Below, piece by piece: positions 25,258 through 37,759 of a stretch of DNA of 64,000 nt. How positions within the stretch are numbered: the first letter of the stretch is position 1; the number at the start of each line of letters is the position of its first letter. The DNA lies in contig NC_043012.1 of the NCBI RefSeq assembly GCF_006345805.1, forward strand, positions 37,076,001 through 37,140,000, given 5' to 3'. The stretch is from Octopus sinensis (lineage: Eukaryota). The notes below the pieces were generated by a model. That model was not told the origin of the DNA, made no database searches, and saw nothing but the letters and a program-made list of their open reading frames with translations. The position numbers and the translations under genes were made by a program.

Positions 25258-26779
25258 CATAACAGCTGCAGCATCCATCTCCTCAATCTCAAGCTTCTCT
25301 CCAAAGCATCGACGTGGCAGAAGCGTTAACATCCTGGACAACAAAATGCTTCATGGCGTTTCGTCCGTTTTTACATTGTAAGTTCAAATTCTGCCGAGAT
25401 CAATTTTGCTTTTTACATCTTTCCGGGGTTGATGAAATAAGTACCAGCTGTGCACTGGGGGTCGATGTGATTGACTCACCCCCACTGCTCTCCTGAAATT
25501 GCTGGCCTTGTTCCTATAGTAGAAAGAAATACAGAACTCCTCTATGGAGAGTTTCAGGTTTCACCAACAATGGTTTATATGAAACGACAAGGGCCCAGGG
25601 GAGGTGTGGCAAGATTTGTAACCCTTGATGAGACACGTCCAGCTAAGTAAAACCACTGTCGTCCACACATCCAGGCTGGTCCTTTACAGGTGCCAGGGAC
25701 ACTTAAAAGGCACCTGTGCCACTGCTGTGTAAGTGCACCTGTGCCAGTTCAGGGCCACGGTCATGCACAGCAGTCACTGAAACTAAGGACTCGTGCGTTG
25801 GAGCAATTGACCTGATGAAACAACACTCCTTTCATCAGTTTCCCTGAGCCTTGATAGCCATTTACCTCAGCATGTTGGCACCGTACCTCCCCATATCTAT
25901 CCCCTCTGCACCACTTATTCTCCCCCACCCCTGATAACTGAGGGCAAGTCCCTATCCATCTCCAATACCATTCATTTTCCTCCCTCTCTCTCTCTCTCTA
26001 ACTATCTATCTATCTGTCTATCTCTATCTCTCTCACTATTTTTCTCTCTAACCCTATTGCTCTGTCCTCTCCATTCGTTTCTGGCTAACGTAGCCAAGCA
26101 TCTCCTCTTTAGTGAGACCCCTATCTCTATCCCATTCTAACGCTAATCTCTCCCTTGGCACAAATCCACCTCCCTCGATTTCACTCCCTCCCCCAGTTGA
26201 GAAGTCTCCATCTCGCAAGTTCCTTGGCAACCTCATTGGTGTTGGGTACCACATAAAAAGCACCCAACACACTCTGTAAAGGGGTTGGCATTAGGAAGGG
26301 AATCCAACTGTAGAAACCCTGCCAAAAGAGACAATTGGAACCTGGTGCAGCTCTCCAGCCTTGCCAGCCCTGGTCAAACCGTCCAACCCATGCCAGCATG
26401 GAAAACGGACGTTAAATGATGATAATAATGATGATAATTATGTGTATATATCATCCCCATTTAACAGCCATGTTCCCTCCCAGCTGGCATGGGTTGGACA
26501 TTTGGGCAGGATCTGATGGGCCTTAAGGACTGCACCATGCACCAACTGTCCACTCTGGAATGGTTTCTATGGCTGGACGCCCTTCACAGATTTGGCAGGG
26601 TTTCCTATAGCTCAATGCTCTTCTTAACCCATAAATACCCCTGGTTGCGTTTTTGCAATGCTAAACCTGCTCCAACTTGTTTGGACATGAACTCACCAGG
26701 AAACATCTAACTGAGCATGCGTAGAGAGTTGACACCCTTAGCATATTGTCCTTCTCTTTCAGATTGTGAAAGCTTACCA

Positions 26780-27130
26780 TAATGTCTAACCTAAATCTTA
26801 GACCCCCTTCGGTCATGAATGACCATGAGATTGCACCTAGAAAGTTACCCTCCAAGGCACAAGTCCAGGCAAGGTTGTTTATGGAAGACCAGCAGTCACC
26901 CATGCCTACCATACTCTCCTCTTCACACCACTGATGTTATCCAAGGGAAAGGCAAAGGGGCCAATATAGCTTGGCACCTGTGATGTTGCAACTCATTTCT
27001 ACAGCTGAGGGAACGGGAGCAACGTGAAATGAAGTGTCTTGCTCAAGGACACAACATGCAACCTGGTCCAGGAATCGAACTCACAACCTCACAATCGTAA
27101 GCTTGATGCTCTAACCACTGAACCAGTGAA
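26780..27130 (-). mobile_element. tRNA-derived SINE, family D (also 31020-31345 -; tail fragment at 11575-11620)
   Basis: tRNA-like head gtggttagagcatcaagcttacgattgtgaggttgtgagttcgattcc and 3' tail catggtcattcatgaccgaagggggtct. Confidence 0.75.
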
Positions 27131-27558
27131 ATTTTAAGACTTCATTTTTTTAAGGGCAAACATGGGTTGATGCCAACCAGTTTACTGTTTGTACTGGGTG
27201 CTTCTCTCGTGCCACCAGCACAAGTGAGGTCACCAGGCAGCAAAATGCATGGGAAAGGGTTTTATGTTTGCAGATGAGGAATTAAGGTGTGTGTGTGTGG
27301 GGGGGGGGTTGTAGTGGAGCTACATAGCAACTCACATTATATATTGGCGCAGGAGTGGCTGTGTGGTAAAATAGCTTGCCAACCAACCACATGGTTCTAG
27401 GTTCAGTCCCACTATGTGGCACCTTGGACAAGTGTCTTCTACTCTAGCCTTGGGCCAACCAAAGCCTTGTGAGTGGATTTGGTAGATGGAAACTGAAAGA
27501 AGCCCGTTGTATATATGTATATTATATATATATATATATCTATATATCTATATATATA

Positions 27559-27643
<85 letters not shown>

Positions 27644-27858
27644 GTATGTATGTTTGTGTTTGCTCCCCCAACATCACTTGACAACCAATGTTGGTGTGTT
27701 TAAGTCCCCAAAGGGAGTGATAGAATAAGTACTAGGCTTACAAAGAATAAGTCCTGGGTGTTGATTTGCTCGACTAAAGGCAGTGCTCCAGCATGGCTGA
27801 AATCAAATGGCCGAAACAAATGAAAGAAAAAGAGAATAAAAGAATACATGCACACACA

Positions 27859-27890
<32 letters not shown>

Positions 27891-28364
27891 TAAATATATG
27901 TGTTGATCCCATTTCAATGTATTTTAAAAAAAATATCTTTTAAGGACATGTATCGTCAATTATATTTCAGTGAAAAACAAAAAAAAAAGGTTAACAACAA
28001 GTGTAAAAAACTGAAAAGTTTGTAGCTTTCAAACAAAGAGTCCCTTGTGATATTTACTCTGCACTGAGCCACTGACACTCCCTTGTACATTTCATCGCAA
28101 GAAGTACAAGCTGAGTAACTGGTCAACTACAAACTGATGGCACTCGTGTGTATCCACGGTGATTTAGAATAAACAAATAAATGAGTAACAGATACATAAA
28201 TGTTTGTGATCCGGGTACCCTGCATGAGTACCCCTGGGTACTGAAATGGAATACGGCAAACAACAACAACACGCATAACGAAATGTGCTGATGATTATGA
28301 GGATGATGATGACGACGACAATGATGATGACGACATTAACTTAACAGCTGTGTCTCCTTTGACT

Positions 28365-28597
28365 GCCACGCCACCACCACCACCACCACCACCACTGGCA
28401 CCACCACCACCACCACCACCACCACCACCACCACTGGCACCACCACCACCACCACCACCACCACCACTGGCCACCACCACCACCACCACCACCACCACCA
28501 CCACCACACTGGCACCACCACCACCACCACCACCACCACCACCACTGGCACCACCACCACTGGCACCACCACCACCACCACCACCACCACCACCACC
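28365..28597. repeat. (CCA)n microsatellite regularly interrupted by CTGGCA
   Basis: Recurring ccaccacca...ctggca units; the source of the poly-P/G/V/W ORFs. Confidence 0.85.
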
Positions 28598-29053
28598 TTT
28601 CTCTTTGGTGCACTTTAAAGTACCACATGCATCAACAACTGCACACTGCAGTACCACAGCCACAGACAGTTCATTGAACTGTCACACACACACACACACA
28701 CACACGTGGCAGGGAAACGGCAGGTGCAGGACAGGGGTGGGTGGACAGCATATTAACAATCTTTGTTTTTATTCTCATTTTTTGGGGCATTTTTTTTTTC
28801 TTTGTTTTATGTTTGTTTCGTTTTTTGTTTTGTTTTGTTTTGCAATAATCGATGAAGGAAATACCAGATCTGATGCATGAGTCATAACTAAGGGTGGTGG
28901 TTGGAGGAGAGAATAAAGCGGGAGAAGCAGCAGCAGCGGCAGGAGCAGTAGTGGTGGTCGTGGTGAAGGTGAAGGTGAGATATGGAAAGAGTGGCAGTGG
29001 TGGTGGTGGTGGTGGTGGAGAGATATACTGTGGGGGGGTGATGGTGGTGATGA

Positions 29054-29085
<32 letters not shown>

Positions 29086-29242
29086 AATGGACGAAGTATT
29101 AACAGTTGCAACAGTGGTGAAGGTGAGGGAGTGACGTCAGTGCAAGTGTGTGTGTGTATATACACACGCATACACACACACACACACACACACACACATC
29201 TGTCCATCTACCTATGTGTGCGTGTGTGTGTGTGTGCATATT

Positions 29243-29273
<31 letters not shown>

Positions 29274-29617
29274 AGAGAGAGATAGAGAGGTGGTGATGGT
29301 CGTGGATGGGTAGGTAAGAGGTGCAGCAAGAATGAGAAAGAGAGAGAGAGAGGCTGCAAATTTTGTTTGATGTGAAAATGGACTTCAATCATGGCTGATG
29401 GTATTCGACCTCTGCGCCCCACCCCCAACCTCCCACCCCAGACCCCTCTCCCCGTCCTTCACTCCCTGTAACTCCTGATACGTCTTGTACACACACATAC
29501 ACACACACACACAGCCGTGCACATACACATAATGTGTGTATGCAAACTTTAATATGCACCTTTTATGTATGACCCTCCCACTCTGTCTGTCTGTCTGTCT
29601 CTATATACATATATACA

Positions 29618-29650
<33 letters not shown>

Positions 29651-29665
<15 letters not shown>

Positions 29666-29739
29666 CACTCTCATGCGCGTATATATATTATATAATATGC
29701 ATGTTAAAGTTCATATGTATGTGTATATATATATATATT

Positions 29740-29789
<50 letters not shown>

Positions 29790-29890
29790 ATATGTGTGTG
29801 TATGTAAATATATACACATACATATGAACTTTAACATGCATATTATATAATATATATACGCGCATGAGAGAGTATGTGTGTGTGTATATA
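29651..29890. repeat. ~80-bp inverted repeat around a (TA)n tract
   Basis: ctctcatgcgcgtatatatattatataatatgcatgttaaagttcatatgtatgtg is mirrored as cacatacatatgaactttaacatgcatattatataatatatatacgcgcatgagag. Confidence 0.85.
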
Positions 29891-32800
29891 TAATATATAT
29901 ATATATGTATATATATATGTATATATATGTATATATATATGTATATATATGTATATGCATGTGTATGTCTATCATTCTATCTACATATGTATACATACCA
30001 TACATGCGATGCATAGACATACCGTGGGTGTATACACATACATACACCTACACACACACATATGCTCCCCCTCCCGTATGAAATAATCAGTCTGTTTGAT
30101 GTTTCTTGGAGGGGAGGGGGCAGTTGGTATTGTGGGTGGGTTTGTGTGTTGGGAGGCAGGGGTGGTAAGAGCAGGTGGGGTGTCAGGGTAGGTAGATGTC
30201 TGGGTGGGTGGACGTTGGGGTAGAATAGGGGTTTACTGTGAGGTGAGAGGGGAGAGGGGAGACTTCGAGGGTGGCGAGATGTTAGAAGTGAGAATCATCA
30301 GAGAAGGTAAGTTAATGAGCAGAAGGGGTTTCCGGGGGTGGAAAGAGGGACGGAGGGAAGAAAAGGGATCTCTACCACCACCACCACCACCATAAGAGGA
30401 GAGGGTAGAATGAGGGGAAGGGGGAGTAAAAGTGAAAGAAGCGGGAGGGGTGAAAAGTTGGTGGTAGAAATAGGTGAGACATTGAGGGAGAAGGAAGACA
30501 GAGAGAGAGAGGGAGGGAGAGAAAGACATACAGTGAGAGAGGGAAAGAGAGAAATGGTAAGAGAGACCGTAATAAAGAGGTGACAGAGAGAGAGAGAAGG
30601 GAAGAGAGAGAGAAATAGTGGAAGACACTGACTGCTGGTTGAGTTGACCCCACGATGCACAGCTTTGGGGGTTGAGTCCCAAGAAGTTGCAGGGGTGGAG
30701 TACAGGGTCCAGCTAGTCAAAAGTGACCATGGCTTCATACAGATATACAAAAGTTCTGGGCAAGATTTTTTGGAAGGTAGACTAACAATTATCCAGGAAT
30801 GGCAGACACTGCACTCCCTACGGCACCAAAAACTCAAACTGTTACCACTTGGCCCCTTTGATGTCACAACGTCCTTTTGAAAGACGTACAATAAATAAGA
30901 GAATAATTCTTCATTGTGGTGTGAAGTCCAAGGCAAATGGAGTTGAATGTCTTGACCAAGGGTGGCACAAGACAAGCATTATTGCGTGTAGATGTGACAC
31001 TGGTGACCACCACTCCTGAAAGATCCCTTTTGGTCATGAATGACCATGGGAATGCACCTAGAAAGTTCCCCTCCGAGGTACAAGTCTGGGCAAGGTTGTT
31101 TATGGAAGACCAGCAGTCACCATACCAGGCTCCCTTCTCCATGCCATTGATGTTATTCAAAAGATAGGCAAAGATTGCTGTAGCTTGGCACCAATGACAT
31201 CACAACTCGTTTCTACAGCTGAGAGAAACTGGAGCAACGTGAAATAAAGTGTCTTGCTCAAGAACACAACACACAGCCTGGTCCGGGAATTGCACTCACT
31301 ACCTCATGATCGTAAGCCCAACACTCTAACCACTGAGCCATGCTCCACCACTCCTAAAAGCATTAATTAATGTCAGATCTAATGAAGATAACGTAGCTTT
31401 ATTTTCATTAATTAAAACTACATCCAGAAGGAAAAGGTGTGGCCATGTGGTAAGAAGTTTGTTTCCCAACCACCTAGTCTCAGGTTCAGTTCCACCACGT
31501 GGCACCTTGGGCAAATGACTTCTACTATAGCCCTGGTTTGACCAAAGCCTTGGGAGTGGATTTCGTAGACGGAAACTGGAAGAAGCAGACTGCATTTAAA
31601 TGTGAGTGTTTACTGCCTCCATCGTTGTAAGGGACGTCCTTTGTTTGGAATCTTTGTTTGGTCATAGGGTAATATGACCATACCTGGAAACAGGTGAGGA
31701 CTGGCAACAGGAAGGGCATCCAGCTGTAGAAGACTTGCCTCAACAAATTCTGTCAGACTCATGCAAGCGGATGGTAAATGATGATGATGATGATGATCTT
31801 TGAGGAGGAGAAGGAATTGTCCGTCCACCAAACTTATTCACAAGGCATGGTCAGTTGAGGGTTGGAGTGGAAAACACTTGCCTAAGGTGCCATGGAGTGG
31901 GACTGAACTGAAAACCATGTGGTTGGGAACTTCTTACTAATTCTAATTCTGTTGCGAATGGTGTGTGTGGGGGGGGGTGAGTGGGTGAGGGGACATGGAA
32001 TATAAATTAATAAAGTTTAATCTAAATTCATTAATTAAAGAAACAATTAGTTCTAAATCTCTGAACGAAAAACATGCAGCAAAAGTAGAAGAAACATGCA
32101 GCAACATGTAGCAACAGTAGGACAGAGTAAGATCTATTTGCCAACATAAAGTGGCAATCCTGATTAGGACCAATGTTGCTGTTATTTAGCCCCGGGAAAG
32201 CATCGTCTCCAGCTGGCCATTGACGCAAACTGCGTCCTTATATCTTGGAACAAGGGAGCTAGCGTCCCAATCAGAATTTCCACTTTACGTTGGCAAATAA
32301 ATTTTACTCTAAATTAAGTTTAACTAAAATTCATATAGTGGAGGCACATGGCCTAGTGATTAGAGTAGCAGACTTGCAGTCAAGGGATTGCAGGTTCGAA
32401 TCTCAGACCGGGCGATGTGTGTTTTTATGAGCTCCACATGGCTCCGGCAGAAGATAATGGTGAACTTCTGCCGACTCTTTTGTCACAAGTTTCTCTCACT
32501 CTTTCCTCCTGCATCTTGCAGCACACCTGTGATGGACCAGCATCCCACCCAGGTGGGGAACCTATACGCCAAGGAAACCAGGAAACCGGCCCGGGGAGTG
32601 TGGTGACAACTCCCTACATGTTTTAGTCTTATTGGACCTCATCAGTGACAACTTATCTTTTACGTTTTACTTGTTTCAAGCACTGCTTTGAAGGGTTTCT
32701 GTTGAACACGTAAACCCCAGAGCTTATTGTCAGTCTGGTACTTATTCTATTGGTCTCTGTTACCAAACTGCTAAGTTATGTGGACATAAACAAACCAACA

Positions 32801-33318
32801 CTGGTTACCAAGCAGTGGAAAGGGACCAGCACAGACACACATGCACATATATGACAGGCTTCCACACAGTTTCCGTCTACCAAATTTATTCAGAAGGCAT
32901 GGTCAGTTGAGGATTATAGTAGGAAACACTTGCCTAAGGTGTCATGAAGTGGGACTGAACTCAAAACCACGTGGCTGGGAACATCTTACCACACAGCCAG
33001 GCCTGCACTTCACTGTATGTTTTTAATGCAGAGAATGTCCTAAGGTATTCTCCCACCACCATCACGTCAATTCACTGCTCTCCTCTCCCACCTTCTCAAC
33101 ATCACCACCACCACCACCACCACCATCACCACCACCACCACCACCGCTTCATGCAGCAATATGTAGGAAGAGATCCCCTATCAACCAACCTGTTCCTTGT
33201 GTGACAATATTGAACAGCATCCACCAACATGGCACAGAGTTGGGCAGCTTCTTGTTCTTCTCCACATTGTTGTCTCTGAAAAACAGTGTCAACAGATAAT
33301 ATACACTATGCATACAAA

Positions 33319-33367
<49 letters not shown>

Positions 33368-33448
33368 TTGAAATTTACAGAAAAACAAAAGATGAAGACA
33401 GGTGTATAAACAATATAAGAGTTTGACGTTTGGGGAAAATGGGAAAGG

Positions 33449-33484
33449 CTTTTACGTTTCGAGCCTAGGCTCTTCAACAGAAAG
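33449..33484 (-). ncRNA. Minimal hammerhead-like motif, core variant CTGTTGA, in a Penelope-type repeat (33365-33690)
   Basis: cttt CTGTTGA a gagc-ctag-gctc GAAA cg TA aaag. Confidence 0.5.
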
Positions 33485-34062
33485 GAACACAAAGAAGTAA
33501 ACAGAGAGAGAAAAAAAAATTGTGGATATAAATAGATATATATATGTATATATATATATATATATATATGCGTTTACTTGTCCCATTTTCCATTTTTTCT
33601 CATTCACATATTTCACTTGTTTTTCCCTCGTTTGTTTTACGTATTTCATGTTATTTGCACTGCTGGTGACGTCCTGTATGCATATATGCATGTATATACA
33701 TATATATATATATAATATATATTATATATATATATATATTATATTTTTTTTATTGCACCCTTTTCAAGCCTAGCCAGGCTCATGGGCCTGGTTTTTATGG
33801 CGTATAGTTCCCCCCAGCTGGACGATATGCCAGTCGATCGCAGCGTTACTCAAGAAACAGGAAGAAAGAGTGAGAGAAAGTTGGGGCAAAAGAGTACAAC
33901 AGGGGTCACCACCACCCCCTGCCGGAGCCTCATGGAGCTTTTTTAGGTGTTTTCACACAATAAACACACACAACACCCAATCTAGGAATTGAAACCACGA
34001 TCCTCTGACCGCGAGTCTGCTGCTCTAACCGCTGGGCCATTGTGCCTCCACACAGACACAAC

Positions 34063-34106
<44 letters not shown>

Positions 34107-34547
34107 GTATATAATTATTTATAATATATTTATATATTATATAATATATATATATACACACACACATACATATACACACACACACACACACACACAACAC
34201 ACACCACACATATATATATATAAGCACATCCGAGCGTGATTGTTGCCAGGCCCGGATTGGCTCCTGTGCCAATGGCATGTGAAAAGCACCATTTGAGTGT
34301 GATCATTGCCAGAGTCACTCTACCGGCACATGAAAAACAACATTTGAGCATGATTGTTGCCCACGCTGCCAGACTGGCTCCTGTGCAGGTAGCACGTAAA
34401 AAACACCTTTTGAGCATGGTTGTTGCCAGAACCGCCTGACTGGCCCTCAGGCTTGAGCCTGGTGCAGCCTCCTGGCTCCCTAGACCCTAGTCGAACTGTC
34501 TAACCAATGCTAGCATGGAAAGTGGATGTTAAAGGATGATGATGATG

Positions 34548-34578
<31 letters not shown>

Positions 34579-35889
34579 ATATATATACATATATACATCT
34601 ATATATCTATAATATAAATTGGACATGGGTGATCATTGTATTCTTTCTTGTCTTGAGGTTCACAGCCAAACGGCTGGGTGGATTCACGTGAAAAATGGCA
34701 CACATGTGGAGAAGGGTGCATAGATTGGAATGTAGTTTATATTTTTTTCCTAGCCCCCATAGTTACTGAGATTAAGAATATGACACTGCTCCAGTGGTGA
34801 TGGTATGAAAAAAACAAAAAGCTGTACCCAGTGGATTTTGGAAGGGTATCCAGCTGTAGAAACCAAGCCAAAATGAAACATGAATAAAATGAGGATTGTT
34901 GCCTCCCAATCTGCTTAAGTGAGCAGATCTCTCCAATCCATGGCCGCATCAATAATGGATATAAAATGATGATGACGATGATGATGATGGTAATGATGGA
35001 GATGATGATATATATATATTCACACATACATATATACATAAATATGTGTGCATATATGCACTCACATACACACCAACACATGTACACACACACACACACA
35101 CACACACACATACGCACAGAGTCTTCTCTGGCTATTTATTTATGTTAGCAACGATGAACGGAAACATTATTGATGACTGACACTAACCTAACATGCTTTT
35201 GCACATTTCAAACAAAATGATAACAACATCAACAACAACAACAACAACCTACGTTTAATCTCCACCCACGTGTTTTTTTTATTTATTTCAAGCATTCATC
35301 GTCATTACATCTATAATTCATAACAACATTAGTCTTTAGTCTTTATTCATATTTCAGATGATGCATGTTAGGTTCGTTGCTTTTCGTTATGTCTTAGTCA
35401 TCAGAAGTAGGAGTATAATTAGCGATCCCTTTTCAGGGTCCCTGTGACTGGGAGAAAAAGGGTGGGACATTTTATCCACAGACCCTTGACATACAAGAGC
35501 CAATTGGTGGCATTCGACCAAATGATTGATCAGCCCTTTCGATACCAGCCTGTCTGAAACTGCTCCTAGATTTATGGTATGAAGTTAGAGTTTTAAGTTG
35601 TCTAAATTCTGCTGAGGTCGACTTTGCTTTTCATCCTTTCGGGGGTCAATAAATAAAGTATCAGTTTTGCACTGGGGTCGATGTAATCGACTTAATCCCT
35701 TTGTCTGTCCTTGTTTGTCCCCTCTATGTTTAGCCCCTTGTGGGCAATAAAGAAATATAAATTAAAATCTTCCATTGAAATTTCATGTTCCTTTCTATCC
35801 TGAAAACCAGCAGAATGACAGCAAAAGTTATTTGACTGAGTTCTTTGTTAATTTTTAAATTAATTGAAATAAAGGTAATGAGATGTTTG

Positions 35890-36420
35890 AAGGGTTATGG
35901 TTGGTGTGTCATGGATGGACAGGATGAGGAATGAGGAGGTGCGAAGGCGAGCAGGAATGAGAGAAAAACTAAACAACCAAAATGGATAGACGAATGTTGA
36001 GGAGATTTGGCCACGTGGAGAGGATGGATGAGGAGTGGATGGTAAGAGGGGGTGATGAAGACAGAAATGGTTGGCAGCAGAACCAGAGGCAGACCCCGGT
36101 TTGTGTGGATGGATGGAGTGAGGAAAGCTTTGGTGGTTAGAGGTGTTGGAGCGAGAGAGTTTATAAATGATAGGAAAGCTTGGAGAAGCTTATGAGTGAA
36201 TTTGATGTTGTTCAAAGGGGTACGGAACCAGAATGATGCAGAGGGGGTAAACCAGCATATGCCGTTGGGCCCGGCTGCTGATATTGGGGGTTGTATTCTA
36301 TGCCTTGACCTGAGCATAGGACAGGGCTCGCCTCTTTGAGCTGGGAAATGAATGGTATGCCTGGTGTGTGTCGTGTTGTGGCTAACCACTCCTAAAAAAA
36401 TAAGGGAATAGGCCTGAGTA
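35890..36420 (+). mobile_element. RTE LINE 3' end with 3' UTR
   Basis: GVSWMDRMRNEEVRRRAG...FGHVERMDEE...GSRTRGRPRFVWMDGV...DRKAWR. Confidence 0.85.
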
Positions 36421-37366
36421 TATATATATAAAAAAAATGATACTAAAAGATTTAAAGTGAGCTAAAAAAAAAAAGCCTTTTATCAATATTTTGGGTTAAA
36501 TTATATCTCAAACACCAGATAAATAAGGACAAAGTTATTTTACTGAATTCTTCACTATTTTCGGAATCAATTGAAACAAAGTCAGTGTATTTCAGCAGGA
36601 ATATGGTAACAAAAGGGTTAAAGTGATCAAAATGAAAATTTTTAATCAAAATTTCCTGTTAATTGATGTTCCAAGCACAAACTTAATAATGACAAAGCTA
36701 TTTTACAAAGTTCATTAATTTCAAAATTAGCTGAAACAAAAGAAATACAGTAACAAAAGGGTTTAAGTCTATCATCAAAGAAACTGATCAACAGGCTTCC
36801 ATGCAGTCTCCGTCTGCCAAAATTTAACTCACAAGGTCTTGGTTGACTTGAAGTTTTGGTAGAAGATACTTTCACAGACGATGCCATGCCATGAGATTGA
36901 ACCCCAAACCTCTTGGTTTTATGTGTGAACCACATAACCAGGACTGTCTACACCACTACCAATTCTTCAGGTGGTGGGTTTTAAGTGTGACAGAGTAAAA
37001 AAAAAAAGGGTTGGAACATTGGTGATGAGAAGGAAGAGGAGGAAGGAAACATCAATTTAGTTTACTACAAAATAAATAATCCTCATAACCACCCTTGCCC
37101 ACCCCTTTTATGTCTGCTTTTCATGCTGGTGTGTAGGGGACGTTCTGACAGAACCAAATAGGTCAGAGGACGAAAATCTTGCCCCCAGTATTATACTTTT
37201 GGTAGGCTTTCTACACCTGGATACCCTTCTTAATATCAACAGCTTTACAGAGGAGAGTGGGTGCTTTTTGGAGCATGGCACCAACATTAGTGGGGTCACC
37301 TTGTAATTTGCAAGACTGAAGAATCATCCTTAAAAGAGAACGAGGGTATGAGATAGAATGGTTGCT

Positions 37367-37759
37367 TTAAACCTTTGCCATTTCAACCAGCCACATCTGC
37401 CCCAAAATATCCTTTCTGTTTTATATTCAAACTGACCAGATCTTTCTTCTCACGCTTACCTGACAATGTCATTCTAAAAGTAAACAAACACATCATCAAA
37501 TCTTAATGTTATGAGATAATGTATGGTTGACTCTTTAGCATTTAAACCGGCCATTTTCAGCACAAATATTATTCCATGTGTTTTAATGCCCAAACCAATC
37601 AGATCCCACCTCTCACACCTACCCTGCAATGTCATTCTAAAAGTAAGCAATCACATCAAATGGAATCTCAAAGCTATGAGATAATAAATGATTAACTGAA
37701 AACAATGTGAATAAATAAGGATTATATTTGACAGAGAAATCTGAATGCCAAAGGGTTAA
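37367..37759. mobile_element. piggyBac-like MITE with TTAA TSD and an internal tandem duplication
   Basis: TTAA-ACCTTTGCCATT ... AATGCCAAAGGG-TTAA (10/12 TIR match); two internal ~170-bp units. Confidence 0.7.

Noticed and set aside
28205-28245. agtacccctgggtact hairpin considered as a Helitron end
   Set aside because: No CTRR terminus at the expected distance.
28295-29271. Long poly-P/G/V/T ORFs of up to 178 aa
   Set aside because: (CCA)n/(GGT)n/(GAT)n repeats are open in most frames; no coding signal.
34236-34445. ~60-bp repeated units superficially like a CRISPR array
   Set aside because: Degenerate tandem repeats from the RTE-associated element; eukaryotic context, no unique spacers or cas genes.
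35370-35410. Minus-strand CTGATGA...GAAA
   Set aside because: The intervening bases cannot form stem II.
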